A DNA stretch of 62,334 nucleotides, filler included, from Platydemus manokwari (taxonomy: Eukaryota): the NCBI GenBank assembly GCA_037951405.1. It is 6 parts of 6 records of this genome, joined end to end, with 100 filler letters (N's around TTAATTAATTAA, not from the genome) between each part and the next. Parts side by side here need not be neighbours in the genome. Positions count along the whole stretch, not along the records: positions 9,390 to 21,781 come from JBBMOY010160010.1; positions 21,882 to 32,706 come from JBBMOY011103331.1; 4 more parts are not named here. One strand, written 5' to 3'. The notes under the pieces are model-generated. The model had not been told where the DNA came from. It saw only the letters and a program-made list of their open reading frames with translations, and ran no database searches. Positions 11,127 to 26,200 of the stretch are shown here, piece after piece (position 1 is the stretch's first letter; the number at the start of each line of letters is the position of its first letter). Position numbers and translations under genes: made by a program.

Positions 11127-11520
11127 TTACGAAATTCTGATCATTTTGTCAATATCATCCACATGTGACTTCAAAATAGCCCATTGCTCGGGTTTAAGGC
11201 AAATACCTAAAATCAATTAAAGCTCTTTGTAAATAATTATGTTAAATTACCTTTTTTAGATGGCTTCAATTCACCGTGACTATCAGCATAAAACTCTCTT
11301 ATATCAACAAACGTTTTGTTTTTAAACTTCCTAACCTTCGCGTATTTCTTTTCACCTAAATCAAAACCTAATTCATTATCAACTGTTTGAGGCTTCTTTT
11401 TAACTGTTGGCTATTTATTATCAATAATAAATATCGGTAAAACTAAGATCTTACTTCATCTTCAATGCTACTTAGATCAGAAGACTCTTCAGCCTTTTCT
11501 ATTTTTCTTTTAGGAGCCAT
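11127..11520 (-). CDS. SUB1: Transcriptional coactivator PC4/SUB1 (101 aa; exons 11520-11455, 11410-11251, 11206-11127)
   Basis: Spliced product MAPKRKIEKAEESSDLSSIEDE|PTVKKKP...FDLGEKKYAKVRKFKNKTFVDIREFYADSHGELKPSKKG|ICLKPEQWAILKSHVDDID contains the PC4 ssDNA-binding signature. Two 44-bp GT-AG introns keep the frame. Confidence 0.95.
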
Positions 11521-13129
11521 TTAAATTTTTAATAATTATTTAAACAAATTCCAAAAAATTAATTAATTAATTACATTTTACCTTTATCATAAGAAAAAAT
11601 TGTAGAATTAATTTAAATAAAATTATATAGAAATTTAAAAATATTTCATAAAAAAAACTAACCTTTTTTACAATTAATATTTATTTATTAGTTTGATAGA
11701 TTTAAATATTAATTATTAATTTATAATGTCGATAAAATTTCTGAATATAAATAAACTTAAAGCATACGATTCTGCATTATTTTTAAATCGTTTATTAAAC
11801 GAATAGTATAATCTTTGAATATTATGATGTTATTTACTTTTATATTTATATAGTTACAAAAAATTGCTGGTACATCTGAATAAATTATTCAATCAGCCTA
11901 TCTAAAAGTAAAATGTTATGTGGTCTACTGATTGAATGAATATTCTTTGTTATTATTGCTATATATCCAAATATTAGAATAGATATCATTTTGTGTCTTG
12001 GTTGTGTTTCAAGTATACTATTTGGTTTCGTTCCTACTAGTCCTTTATGTTTTATAAGTTCAGAAGGATAAAATTAAAGAAAAATAATATTAATATAAGT
12101 ATTTTGCTTGACCCCGAAGGCGCAATAATAGAAACAATGATAATAATTTAAGTATAAATAAATAAACGAAAATAAATGAAAGTATATTATTGTTAAATTA
12201 AACGATGTACAAATAATAATCGCAAATGATTAAATATCAATTTGCAAATATAAAATAAAATAGTAACTATTATATGACAAATAACCTGGATTATATTAAT
12301 TAGAGGCTAATTAATTGTTTTAATTAGAGGCCATTGTTGTGTATACAAATTTTAATAGTCTCTTGTCCAGTTATTTGCAAGGTCCTTGAATTCTTATTTG
12401 TGATAGTTTGTGCTTACAAAATCCGGTAACTATAAAGTTAAGAGAATCTTAGTTTACTAGATTTTAAGTGATTAATAAATGAGTGATTGGACGAGATCCA
12501 AGCAACTTTTAATGAAAATGTTTCTTAAATAATGATTATGAAATATATTGTAGAAAAAATCCATTGAAATAATAAAAATTAAATTTCCTTTTTATCACAT
12601 TTATTTTGAAAATAACTCCTCTTTTTCTCACTGTAATTCTAATTTATTAAGAATATTTCTTATACAATAGTTCTTATCTTGATTAACAGAGAAGTGTCGC
12701 CCGTGAACAATTATTGATTGTTTAAGTGCAGGGAAGGTGCCCCAAGTATCAGGACACAAGAACTAATTGAGCTGGACGATGAGGGGAACTGTGATCGAAA
12801 AAAACTGTGAAAAAATCGACCTGAGTGAGAGAACAGAGAGAACCAAGACGGACCCGACAATCTCAAATGAAGCAATAATCGGGTCATCAGGTGGTGGAAA
12901 CTCCGCAAACTAGTAAACATTAATGAAGAGTTCGACCACGGTTATGTTATACATAAAACTACATTGTTAAACATTCATGGTCCATATTTGAGCTCATAAT
13001 ATTCAAATTATTAATCAATACATAAAAGAATTAGCAACGGGAAGTTAGACAGATAACATAGATAACAAAGATAAGTTGTTAGAAAATCACATAGAAGTCA
13101 CAACAGATAACAGTTACAGACCAAAAGCC

Positions 13130-13510
13130 GTGCAAATGCTCGTGAAATTTAACCCCTTTTACAGGCTTATCATATGTGTTCATTTGATGACTCAAAGCTT
13201 TACTTTTCATTCAACAGATTCCTATACATGGAATTTTATTTCTAGTGCCATTGCCGTATTTTAACGTTTGTTGCTTGTTGCTGATGTACATCAATTGATT
13301 ATCGTGTTCTATATATGGAGTGATGTATAGAAAGTGTTTAATTGGTTATGTGTATGTGTACCTATGGAATCTGTGTGTATCGACACTTTGAGGCTTATTT
13401 CCACTCTTCCAGTGGTTATTTTGCCTGTTTTTATAACATACTCAATATTAGTAAGAGTTCTAATATTTTATCATGATATTTATTAAATGCCATTCCCCAA
13501 TCACTGATCA
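13130..13510 (-). repeat. Diverged copy of a ~370-bp repeat unit also at 45231-45650
   Basis: Shared sequence and translations: KFNPFYRLIICV vs KSNFFYRLIVCV; EISLKVSIHTD vs EITLKGLIRTD. Confidence 0.6.
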
Positions 13511-13908
13511 GTAAATAATTGAAAAGCGCTTGTCAAAATAATTATATTGAATTTATTATAATAAAAAAAATTAACTTGGTAGATACATCACATTTATTTT
13601 CTAAGATTAAAATTATTATATAAATTAATATTATTCTTAATTTATGACAGATTATTGGAAATATTTTTAAAAAATACTAAAAATTCAAAATAATATATTA
13701 ATATTGACTATGGCAGTAACAAGGTTAATTACGGATCAAATAATTATAATTGTGTTATAATGATATAATTTTAAATTAACAAAATTTTCAAATTTAAATA
13801 AACGTTTTAACGAGTATTATATTGTGTAGTCGTTTCAAGATTGTTAGCTTTCACAAATTGCTTAATCATAATTCCGTTTCAAATCTATCAATCTCAAGTA
13901 TAATTTTA

Positions 13909-14601
13909 ATGTCCAAAGAAATAATTTTCGTATCTGGAAACGTGAATAAAATTTCCGAAATGAAGAAAATTTTAGACGATTCTCGAATAAAAGTTTATTT
14001 GATTTTCCAGTTTTCCATTGACTTCCATTGGCTAGGTGATTTCTCAGAAAATTGATTTACCCGAATATCAAGAAAGTATGGTGGAGATCAGTAATTTAAA
14101 GGCCAACCATGCTTATTCAATTCTAAAGAAACCTGTGTTTGTTGAAGACACAAGCTTGTGTTTTGCAGCTTTGCATGGTATGCCTGGACCATATGTGAAA
14201 TGGTTTGTCAATGGAGACAAATTACAAACCTTGGAGAAATTAAAAGGTTTAACAAAGTTGACCAGAATTGTGGGAACTATTAATGACGCTCATCTTCAGG
14301 GTTCAGGAAAATGCTTGTCGGATTTGATAATTTTCAAGCAGAAGCCGTCACAGTTATTTCTTATTTTGATCCACAAATAATGGACGAGCCAAAAGCTTTT
14401 GTTGGCAAAGTCGAAGGTCAAATTGTCGAGCCAAGGGGCTCGTTAAATTTTGATTGGGATTGCGTATTCGAACCTAAGATTCAGTGTCAGAAAGTTCCGC
14501 AAACGTACGCTGAAATGGATATCAATTTTAAAAATCAGATGTCCAACCGATATTTAGCCGGTCAACAATTTAAGCAATTTCTCATTAATCAATATTTTTA
14601 G
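13909..14601 (+). CDS. ITPA: Inosine triphosphate pyrophosphatase (HAM1 family; 198 aa; exons 13909-13992, 14036-14246, 14300-14601)
   Basis: IIFVSGNVNK, IDLPEYQ, VEDTSLCFAALHGMPGPYVKWF, GQIVEPRG, QTYAEM. Introns of 43 and 53 bp (GT-AG) restore one frame. Confidence 0.95.
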
Positions 14602-17600
14602 AGTACTTGTTGGTATGGTGATGAGAGTAGCTAATTATTTATGAACCACGTTGATGTAATTTTTAAAAATAAAACCAATCTAATAGCTTTATGATAATCT
14701 TCCAAGTGTAAATGACGAATGGGGCAATTTTGCAATGTTTTTTAGTTACTGAGTTGACTTATTAGATTTTATAAATATTTTCTCAGATAATATGAACTAT
14801 TATTTTTAATTATTTATTGGTTTTTTAATGAAAAAAAATATTGAATTATGTTATTGGTTGACTTCTCATACATTGTGAGGAGTTTAGAAAATAAAAATAC
14901 TATAATTATTGTTGCCAGTTATCAATAACCATTTTTCATACCAGAGATTAAAGGTTCAACTTTTTACAAAATTGGAATTTTTCATCAACTGCTTAAGAGA
15001 TTGACTGGGGTTTGAATCATTTGAAATGTTCTAAATCGCAGAATTGATAAAAATTTATTAGAACTCGTCTTCAGGTTATTCGATTATTTATGTAGAATAT
15101 TTTTTACTCGGCCGTCAATAATAAAAATAAACGTAGTAATATGTTGAAAATGAAGCTGGTAAATTGAAGATCACGAAAATTTTGAACTCGTTGGTACATA
15201 CATTCATAAAAACAACAAGGACGTACCGGAATCCATATCTAGAAATGGATAATAATGTCGGATAATCAATAATTTATCAATATAATCCTAATATTAATAA
15301 ATTGTTGAAAGGAACATTTAAGAATTGATTTTCCAGTAAAAGGATTCATGTGTGCCTTATTAAGTGGAGATAGGATTGTTTTAAATATGAAACTGTGGAA
15401 TTTGAATCCAAGAGATCTTTTCAATTTAATGGAACTCCACTGCCATGTAAATGTTTGAATGATCAAATATAATGAAAAGGTTCTTACTACGATTTCTTCA
15501 TATCATTAAATAATGGATAAGTTTCTTTTGGAAATGATTTCAGTAATCACAATTTGAATTAAAATCACAATATTCCAATGAAAATATTACAATTGAATTC
15601 GGTGCTCATATTTCGGTTTATAAAGTGTGTATTCTAAATAATGTGCGGGAGATAGCGTGTGATAGAATAATGTTGGTAAAGTTGTGTTCAGTAATATAAT
15701 GCACAATAGTTTTTCTCAAAACAATGTGGATTTGACTTTAGTGCGATCGGTATTTATAAAGCAATTATAAAAGTAAAAAAAAATTTATATTAATTTTTTG
15801 CTTATTTTAATTTCAGATATTTTTTATAATTATTTTAATTTCAGGACTTCTTTTTAATTCTAATTTAATTATTTTAAATAATTTTATGTATTTACTCACG
15901 CGTTGTTTCTGCTTTTTGTAATCTTCTTTATTAAATTGGATTTGAAATTTTCAGCTTAACTAATTTTTTATTTTTAATCTTTTATTATTCGTTCTGCCGG
16001 TGTTTGAAAGAAACGAAGGTTGCAATCTGTATTTCAGAAAAATGTGCTAATCGGTGCGTACCCAAAATGATTAAAAAACTACATAAATCAATATGAAACG
16101 ACAACACAAAACTTGGTTTCCAACTGGTAGCTGGACATCTTTACGTCGGTATTTATTCTTGAGATTTATGTGCAATTTTTCGTATCATATTTATATTACA
16201 TTTCTATTTGATTTCCAAATTTTCAATTGAATTTATTGATTTTCTGTACTCGAAATTGGTCAATCCCTATATGTATATTACTCTGTAGTTATGTCCATTT
16301 TTCGAATTAGAGTTTTACAATTAAGTAGGTTGCGATTGGTTGGTTGCCATGCATACATGGTTGTGTGGGTATTCAAATGTTTCAAGTTCTAAAATATGGG
16401 CAATATTTCATTTTTACTCAACAGTTATTTCATTCATATCTTAATTGTGCACTGGTTAATACTCTCATTATAATATAATTTATGTGTAATATTTAATTAT
16501 TCCAGCTTGGAATTCACGATTTTATAAACACAATATAAATTGTGAAATCAAAAAATTCTTTGTTCAATATTTGTGCGATTTTCAGCCAACAAAGGTTTTA
16601 AAAATGAAAGAATTATATAATTTTACCAAAAATGGTGTTGAATTTACTTATTGAATTAATATTGCAATCACAAAGTTTAACGGAATTAAAAATGTTCAAC
16701 ATAATTTCAGTTTTTACTTTTTAGATGACAATACGAATATAGGCCAAAAATGACAACCTGTCTAAAAACAAAAACTTACCAAACTATGAATATTTTATCC
16801 TTCACTTTGAATCTCGTTTACGTGACTTCTTTTTGCAAGAATGTCCTTTCTACTTTTTAAATTCTTTCCTGTAGTTTCTATTAGCTTCTATTTATTACTT
16901 TAACCCACTGAATGAATTAGTTCTCTCTTTTCACATTGAAATAGCCTCTAAATAACTGGGGAGTTCTTCAGTAATTTCCATTTTCTAGATAACATCCAAC
17001 TTTCCTTCCAAAAATAGAACGATCTCATTTTTCCATGCATGCTTTTCCTATCGACATCAAATTATTCCCGGGAATTATTTTGTTTTATTTATCATTTATC
17101 GTAATATTAATTAATATTACCTTTTATTCTGGCTACATTTTTATTAATTTAACCCTTTATTCTTACACTTTTTATATCTTCATATGTTTACATAAATATT
17201 TTTTAAAATATTTACGTATTTCAGATTCTGAGAAACAGATATTTGTGTATTAATAAATCATTAGGCTCGATCTCCTTGAAATGTCAGAAATATTTGCAAC
17301 ACTAATATCAATTCCACGATCACAACAATAATGTCCATTCAAATTTTCGTGATCTCTAGATAATTTTGAAAGTAAATTATCTTATCCACATGATTCATTC
17401 ATTGCAGATTCTATGGTATAATTCAGTATCTCATCAATCTCACCACAACTTGAACTCGATCAGTGTAGACATCACGGCGTTGTTATTTTTTTCATGAAGA
17501 AATATATTTTTATGTAATTTTAGACTTTTATTAACTGTATGCATTTTATTTATATATAATCATTTACTTATTTTCCTAGTATTTTCTATCTGAATATGTT

Positions 17601-20600
17601 GATTTACTTCCTGAATTTATTTCGAAAATACTGTTTAACTACGCAGCAGGATTGGTGTAGAGGTTTTTCTGTGTGCTCATTATTTATTGGTACTGATGGA
17701 AACCTGTTTGTTTGGGTTATTTGTTGATTAATTAATAATAAATCCACGATTTTTCAATCGATAATTTACAATATTATTAGATGAGATACCGTGAGTTAGA
17801 GATCGATGTTTCCATGCGCATGATTAATTTTATATTTAATTTGTTAATTCCCTTGGCAATATCCACAATTGTCATGGAAATTTGAATTTCTATGACTATG
17901 CTTATAATTGCCATGGCAACATGGATTAATAATCATTTTTCCAAAAATTTTATGGTTATTACTAATATAATGCCGCCAACACGCTTACATTTTAATTAAT
18001 GTGGGTTTATTTGCTTAATGTGGTTTTATTATTATTATTATTTATTCTTATTATGTACTATATTATATTATGAGGCTTGCAGGATGCGTGGGTATTATCC
18101 CGACAGTACAACAATATCAAAATTGCAGTCCATTATATTTTTTTAGAAGTGTACGATTATTGGTGTAGTTAATAAGATCTACTGATCTACTTTCTAAAAT
18201 TTAACTAATTATTTAGTTGATATTATTTACAACTAATAATATATAATTCAAAACACAGGTCATTAGGTCTCGTCAACAGCCATTAAAGTTCAAAAAATTG
18301 ACTATAAAATACTGGAAGTCTTTTTAAAATTTTTGTTAGTGAAAACTACCTCATTTAAATTTTGAAAATCATTAAAATTAGTCATTGAGAAGTTTTATGA
18401 AATATTTATTACGTTTTTTAAATAATTCATTTTAAGATTATTTGAATTTTTTCCTTTTATTTTTCCTCTTAATTTTGATTTCAATAAAAGCTAATTCTAA
18501 AAAAAATATTAAAATTTAGTTATTTTGTTACTAGGTTTTTTCAGGAACTTTAAATGAAAAATTCAGGATGATGCATTTCGTTAGGAATATCATTCATTTG
18601 TCAACTAATGATTTCATGAAATGTATCCATTATCGTATCCTCTAGAGTTTCTTTATTATTTGTGTAATCGATTTTGATAATTTCTAATCGTGTCTTGCAG
18701 CATTACACAATAAGGCTGTTATATTTATTTACCATGTCATCCAATTTACTTTATTACTGTTTATTTCATCAATATTTTCATACGTCAGTGATACAACTAT
18801 TGTTGTCATTTGAAATACCGTAAATGTGTTAAGGAACTCGCTGAAGACAATTTTACGGACCTGTAGTCGGGATTATCTGAAATTACCTGTAGCTAATGCA
18901 GATTCGTACTTTTACTGATTCCGCTGACCTGCACATAAGTTTAGTGAAAAAAAATCAATCTTATTGATGCCAGAATGAAATAGATATTGAATAATAACTA
19001 TTATCCGCAGTCAAAACATATTAGAAAATTTCCACGAAATTTTTTGTCACCGATATTAAATAATAATCAAATCGATAAATCTATAATTATGAATATTTAC
19101 GCTGCACGATAAAAAATAGTCAAAAATCGGTATTTTCAATGATTTTACACATTTATTGAACGGCATCATTAACTATCTTTGTCGGTTGGGGATGAATAAC
19201 AGTGGTGGACAACAACCTTCGACTGAATAAATAGAATCTAGCTCTATCGAAAAATAAATAAGAAATGAACAATATCGACAAATATTGGAGCCAGGCAAAT
19301 TTCAGTGAATACCAGAATGTAGATGAATATCTATAATTATAAAAGAACCAATTAAATTTTGATAAAATAATCAATATCGTTTATGTTGAAAATATTAACA
19401 AACGCCAACCTAATATATTGAGGTGTGTATCGAAGTCGAAGATTTAAATCAAAAGTAGCTGGATTAGGACCGATTGTAGGAGTCCAGGAAAACATTTTAG
19501 AATCGTCATCCGCGACAATGGTAACTAAGCAGAAACATGATTATTCTATGGTTTTTCAAATGATAATATTGTCAATAGAAATAATAGCGATAATAATAAT
19601 ATTGAATGATAGTAATAAAATTTATAATAACAATTTTTTGAGGTCCAGCTATGCCGAACACAATGAAGTGTAATTAAGGGAAGATATATAAAACAAGATT
19701 AACGAATAAACATGTAGGACATGGGTTTAAGAATACATAATGCCAATCAATAAAAAGATTAAAAATAATAAAGATAAAAAATTAATTATAATATAGAAAT
19801 TCGAAAACGTAAAAGGAAGAAATTTTAAATCGATTGGAAAATAAATATTTCCAAGAATAAAAATATTTTAAAAAATCAAATAAAAATAAAAATAAAAAAG
19901 TAATGAAATTAAAATAATTATAAAAAATATTATAATTAAAACAAACAAAATATTTTATTTGAATTTTCATTTCTAATAATGATATCTTCATTAAATCATG
20001 TCAACTCCTAGAGAGAAAAACAAGAGAATAAAATTAGTAACTACATTATTAATACAAATAGGTTAGCAATAAACATCTTATGTAACTAAAAATAGTAACT
20101 GCCACAATACGATTATTTAAAAATAGCAACATAAAATGACGCAAGTCAGGGACGAAGAAGTGCGAAAAATGTACAAATACCAAGCACTCAGGTATTCACA
20201 CGCATTTATTACATTTAAACGAGAATTGAGCACAAAATTAAAATTATTAACAAAGAATTTCTTTATTGAGGAATTTGTTTATCGAAATCATTTGAAGAAG
20301 AAATTGTTATCCCGACCAGGTGTAGATTTTTATTTGTCAATCAAAGAATATGAAATTTTTAAAATTTTATTCGAACTCTAATTATATTTTCATCGATAAT
20401 GACTCAAAAGTTCCCCATTGTCATTTTTCCCATAATGCTGTCAAGCCACTTAGTCAGACACATTTGAATATTTTTACGGCTGGGTCTTTTTAATGCAAGA
20501 TTGCACATTAATATATTGATACATCTTGGCGATATGTAAATCGACTCGTTGTAATAGTTATTTAATATATTTTAGCCAAGTTAGGAAAATTCTTCCAGGA

Positions 20601-21781
20601 CTTAAATATTGGGTTAGGGTAATTGTTTGACATTAAGAAAATTATCCGATCATTTTGAAAAGCACCGGGTTGATCATTAGCCACATATTTTAATTATTTA
20701 TATATTTATCTTTATGAAAACATAGATAATTATAAAAATTAAAATCAATAATAATTATATTAAAAAATAAAATAATACTTATTATAATAATGAAATTTAT
20801 CATATTAATTGATAATAATGAATGATATGCTAAAATGAAATCGAAATGGAAATACAATAACAGAAAAAGGGCTTTGTGATGAATGGAAGTGAAGTTGAGT
20901 GGTGTGAAAGTGAGTTCGAATAAACCAATCAGCAAGTTATTAAACAATGTATTCAAAGTCCGTTCTGATATTGATGAGGGATGAATGGATTGCAAAACTA
21001 ACATGTTAGTGAACTATCTCTTGGAATTATCAATCCTTTAATAATCATTATAATCGATTGAATACAAACTAATTTGGACCTATATTAACTCAATACAATA
21101 CTCACAATAGTTCACATCAGAGTGCAGTAGCAGAGTGTACTTGTATTTCCATATTAATATTTTTTCAATATAAATCATCTGTTTTCACAATTAGTCTCGA
21201 ATGCCAAGTTAAGCAGTAAAAAGTATTGCAAAAATATTTCTCACTTAAGTGTTAAATGGAGTAACAGTGGTTAATAAGAAAACTCTAAGAGCGTAAAGGA
21301 ATCCAAATTCAAATTACTAAGCGTTAGTAGCAGCCTTCGATTATTGCCTTTAATGTTAAGGTCTGAATTAATAAACAATATTCAATGGAAGTTGATTTTA
21401 CTCTTGTGATTTAGTGAAATGATAATAAAAACTCCTGATATAAACAAATATTTTAATTGGTGACGATCTTTTGATTTTTATTTGGCCTCATATAGGAAAC
21501 AGTGTAATAATAATAAATAATAAAACTCGAAATAGTGGCAATTATAATTATAAATGATAATATCATTAATAAACATTTAAGAAATTGTTTATAATAATAA
21601 ATCTATTGATAATAATAATGTTAAATAATAATAAGAAATCAATAATAATAATAATAATACATCCATTGATGATAATGATAAATAATAAAAATAAATCAAG
21701 TAATAATAATACTAATTAAAATTATAAATTTAGTAATAATAATAATGTAAATAATAATTTATCTATTAATAATAATGATAA

Positions 21782-21881
21782 NNNNNNNNNNNNNNNNNNN
21801 NNNNNNNNNNNNNNNNNNNNNNNNNTTAATTAATTAANNNNNNNNNNNNNNNNNNNNNNNNNNNNNNNNNNNNNNNNNNNN
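21782..21881. other. Artificial contig-join spacer
   Basis: 44N-TTAATTAATTAA-44N. Confidence 0.97.
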
Positions 21882-23129
21882 AAAAAACTAAAAAATTATT
21901 TAACAATTAAAGAAAACATTAAGTAAGTTAAAAACATTAAATGTTTATTCAAAGAGAGTATAAAGATGGAATAAAGAATATTATTAATTTAAAAAGTTTA
22001 TACTTACGTTTATAAGAACCTAATGTATAGATTAATTCATTCGATAAAAGATTTATAAAACCCAGATGCGTTAATAGTCATTTTTAATATAAACTATAAT
22101 TAGGATGAATTTTTAGGATGATTTGATTATTTATAATTGTTTAGTTATTTTGAGTGTTTCCTGATCCAATCATTACCAGTCCTAAAATTTAATTCACATA
22201 TAGACGAGCTTGAAGAGCACAAGAGCTATCAATAGTTCACAAATAACCAACGATATAGGGTTAAAACTAACTTGGCTTAAATTTATTTATTAGTATATTT
22301 GACAAATTATATTTCTCATTTTTCAAACTATATAAATATTATTGCTTCATTTATTGTTTTGAGATTGATTATTTATTGAATTTTAATTCGTATTAATAAA
22401 ATTTATTCAACATTAACAATTGTAAGAAAATTTTTATTCTTAATTTTTACATTTAATTAGTAGTTCACAAAAATTAAAATGTTTTCGAAGCTTCACAAAG
22501 TTAAACAGACATACGTTGATAAACTTCGGATACATACTAAATATAATTTCACAACTCAAAATTGTATTCAAACTAAAACAAAATAAATTCAAATACAATT
22601 ATTTATGAGCAGGAAGAATTAATAAACAATTAAAGTCACTCAGATTAACTGAACACAAATTTTCGCTTTGAGAACACCTAACTCTTCGATCAAGAGTTTG
22701 CCACGGGCAAAATAACACCGTCTGCTGACATATTGCTTTGTATTATCCACAGCTGTTATTTCATCAGAAATCACTCACAAAAATCGGTAATGAGTGAATT
22801 AAATTAAATAATTATCACTTTGACGATAATTGGAAAAAATATAATATATCGCAATTTGATGCATACCAGAAAAAATTTAAATTACTGAAAAAATAGCATA
22901 TCTTTAAATTTAATATTTAATATTAAACGATAAATCAAAAGTAAAACACCAAAAGTATCAAATCTTATGGTTTACATTTTAAAATCTATAAAAATAAAAT
23001 TTTTGGAATTGTAGCATCGTTTAATAGCATCATTTGATTTGATTCAATCTGTGGGTACAATAAATTTGATTGATACACAAAATTTATAAACAAATTATGT
23101 TATCTTTGTCATTTAATTAAAAGATAAAT

Positions 23130-23200
23130 CTTATAAATCTACATAAAATTACTCACGTTGTTGAGTTGTCTAACATTAACCACAATCCAACATTCACATA
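23130..23200. repeat. Dispersed repeat fragment shared (inverted) with ~55935-56000
   Basis: Reverse complement GTTAGACAACTCAACAACGTGAGT...GATTTATAA vs GTTAGGTTCAACTCAACAGCGTGAGT...GAATTTATAA. Confidence 0.5.
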
Positions 23201-26200
23201 AACAATAGTAGATTGATACTTAAATTTTTGAAAACACTCAACTGGATAAAGTATTTCGGATGCCCAATGGCTCCAAATATATTTCTGTCTTCTTTAAAAC
23301 TCTTCAATGTGTCCTTTGATTGCCCACTTTAAAAATTCTTTCCATTCTTAGTTTATTAAACCCTTTTCTTTCCAACATTAAATTTTTACTTTTCTTCATT
23401 TCCCCAAAGATTCATGTGCTTTCTATTTTCTTCTTTTCGTCTTTGTTTTGTTCCTCCATATCATATCTCTTTAACGTCTCTCATTTTCACCATTTTCTGT
23501 TTAGTTATTCTTATGTACTGCTCATATGTTATTTCTATTCTTGTTATTCTTTTCGAGATACTTGTGGTGTTTTTGGTGTGTTACGAAAGATCAAAAATAT
23601 AAAAATACCATAAACGCCCATTAGTGAAAGCTCAATCTAAAACAGTACACAACATTGGAGAAATGAAAGTCCAAACAAAATGCGAAGCACTATCTCCTAA
23701 TATGAATAATGAAAATAAAATTCTAAAATAAAGCCTGGGAAATGGAAATGATAAATAACATTGAGAAAGAATTGCATAAGTGAAGCAAATCTGGAAAGAG
23801 AAAAAAATAAAATATGAGCTGTGGGGAAAATAGAAATAAGTCAGTAAGAAGTGGTACAAATAAAGAAGAATCACAGGGAAATAGAACAAAATTTGAAATT
23901 TCTAGAAAGGTTCAGCAATAGAAGAAAAATTGGAATAATTAGACTCTAGACCCAGACCCTTGAAGAAGTATCAATCCAACCAAATGATATTGAATAATTG
24001 ATCAGAAAATGGGATTGATCGCTCAACAATTTGGTTAGTAGTTGATAATTTGCCTGTTATTATCACTTCGTAAGCTTGTATCTTACGCATGATTCTTATG
24101 AATTTGTATCATTTTATGAATTTTGGTTAGTATAATATTTTTCCCTTATTTGTATAATTTTATGATTATTTGTCTTAGAAATATCTTTATTATCTTTGTT
24201 GCATTATTTTTTATTTTTATTGGAAATTTGATATAATTATTTTATTTTGTAAAACTACAAATAATCAATATATTTCGGGTATTTTGGAGAAATAACTTGA
24301 TTGAAAAAATCCATGGCATGAACAGTTGCTATATTGCACGAATTTTGTATCAATTTTTATTGTTAATCATTACATGAACAATCGTTACCTTAGAAAATCA
24401 GGGCGCAACTTAAAATTTAGAAGATCATTCTCAGCCGGGGACTAGGACTAGGATATGCCCAGTATTATACTGGAAGACCCAACAATAAGATACTACATTT
24501 TAAAATCACATATTAGAATATCAACTAACATATTCTTCTTATCTATAGAGCGAAAGCTCAAAAACATCTTGAACATACACCTCCCAAATATCACGAAGCT
24601 GTTCCTTGTCGATGATCTGCTGCCCTGAATAGTTGGACATAATTCTGCCGTTTAAGTGTGTATTAGCAGAATTAAAATCATTTAATTGTATAAAAGAATT
24701 GAATTTGTACTCTTTAGTCGTAATAAATATTTTGGTATTAAATGAGTTTTGTTATTCTTTTGGCAGTTACAGCCTTTAAATTTCACAAATTCATTAACAA
24801 AATCACCATTGTCATTTGAAGTTATTGTGGTTCATTATTAAATCAATTGAGACTGACATAAATAACATCGCTTTGGCAGTAAAAGTGAGATTGATATGAT
24901 TTAAGTTTACAAAATCATTATCTACACCATTCCACTTGTCTCCGTTTAAGTCGTGAACGTCGAGGCGCAGAAAGAACAAATAATTAAAGTCTAATTACTA
25001 TCTGAGGGTCAAACAGACTTGATAGGGTGATAAATATGTAGATAGTGATAATCAAGATAATCCATAATAATAAAATCAATAAACCAAATCAAAAAACCAA
25101 TCAATAAACATAACACAATAATTGATGTAATTTTGTGAATTCTAATTAATCCTGCTTCAGATAATGAATAATTTTAGCCATTTATTTTTACTTATAAGGG
25201 CGTCGACACTATAACCATTTCAGAGCCTTGATCAGTGTAAAAAGTGATCAACAAAGTCTCATTTTGAGATGAGTTCTCTAATCCACATTATTTTGAAATA
25301 TCTTAATTTAATATATTTTAAATATAAGAAATATAAAATAAATATAAAATTCATTATATGCGGACATGTAAGCTATTTTTGACAGGAACAGCTAACTAGA
25401 ACAAAAACATATCAGCAAACACACTAGCAATTATTTTGGTTAAAATCAATAGTGGAGTTAAGCTTTCCATTTGTTGTGGTCTGATTAAAAATTTCCATGT
25501 TTCATTGACTGCAACTTAAATTGTTTCCGATTATAATTTCATAATTTATAAAAATAGATTAAATCCATTTAAAATATAAACCAATATCTCTGTGAAACAT
25601 TTATAATTTCTTACATAATTAGTATTGTTGATTGTTGATTGTATTGTAACAGTTTGGTGATTTTTTAATGTTATAAAAATCTCCGAGTTTCTAGATTATT
25701 AGCAGATTTTGATGACTTTTAAATTTGATTTGGAAATTTATTTTAAACCAACTTAAAATACAAAATAATTCATTAATTGCCAGCGAAAATTAATTTAATA
25801 AATTTAATTAGTTTTAAACATCAAAATATTTGAAGAATATTTACCAGTGTCGAAATAGAATTAAAATAATATATAGTATTTGTTATTATATTCTGATTAT
25901 TCTTACTTATATTCATGATGAACAGTATTTTCAAATTTCAGTTAAAATCACAGGTATAAATAAGAAGTATGTGAAGATATCGAAACATTACTAATTACAA
26001 TATACACATATTTTCTGTACTGTGCTTGTGAAAGGAATAAAATTAAGCATGTCTTTGAAATGAATGATGTGTAAAATTTGGGAGTAGATGAATATTAAAC
26101 ACTATCATATTATCGCCATGATAATATTTTTCATCATTATTAATTTTTTAAAAAATTAATTATAGTATTCAGGAAGAAAAGGTTAAATTATTATGGTATT

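Noticed and set aside
12690-12720. GTGTCGCCCGTGAACAA resembling a tRNA primer-binding site
   Set aside because: Imperfect match, with no identifiable LTR pair or retroviral ORF downstream.
15000-21000. Several coding-like patches (possible gag remnants or exons)
   Set aside because: No diagnostic motifs and no consistent splice-phase model could be built.
21500-21781. AAT-rich tract suggesting an Asn-rich ORF or a spaced repeat array
   Set aside because: Degenerate microsatellite at a contig end; no ORF and no repeat-spacer structure. No CRISPR, tRNA or rRNA was recognised anywhere in the window.
24547-24640. Possible terminal exon (+: AKAQKHLEHTPPKYHEAVPCR*) or LINE-like fragment (-: QIIDKEQLRDIWEVYVQDVF)
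   Set aside because: Two incompatible readings, both too short, with no supporting neighbouring exons or domains.
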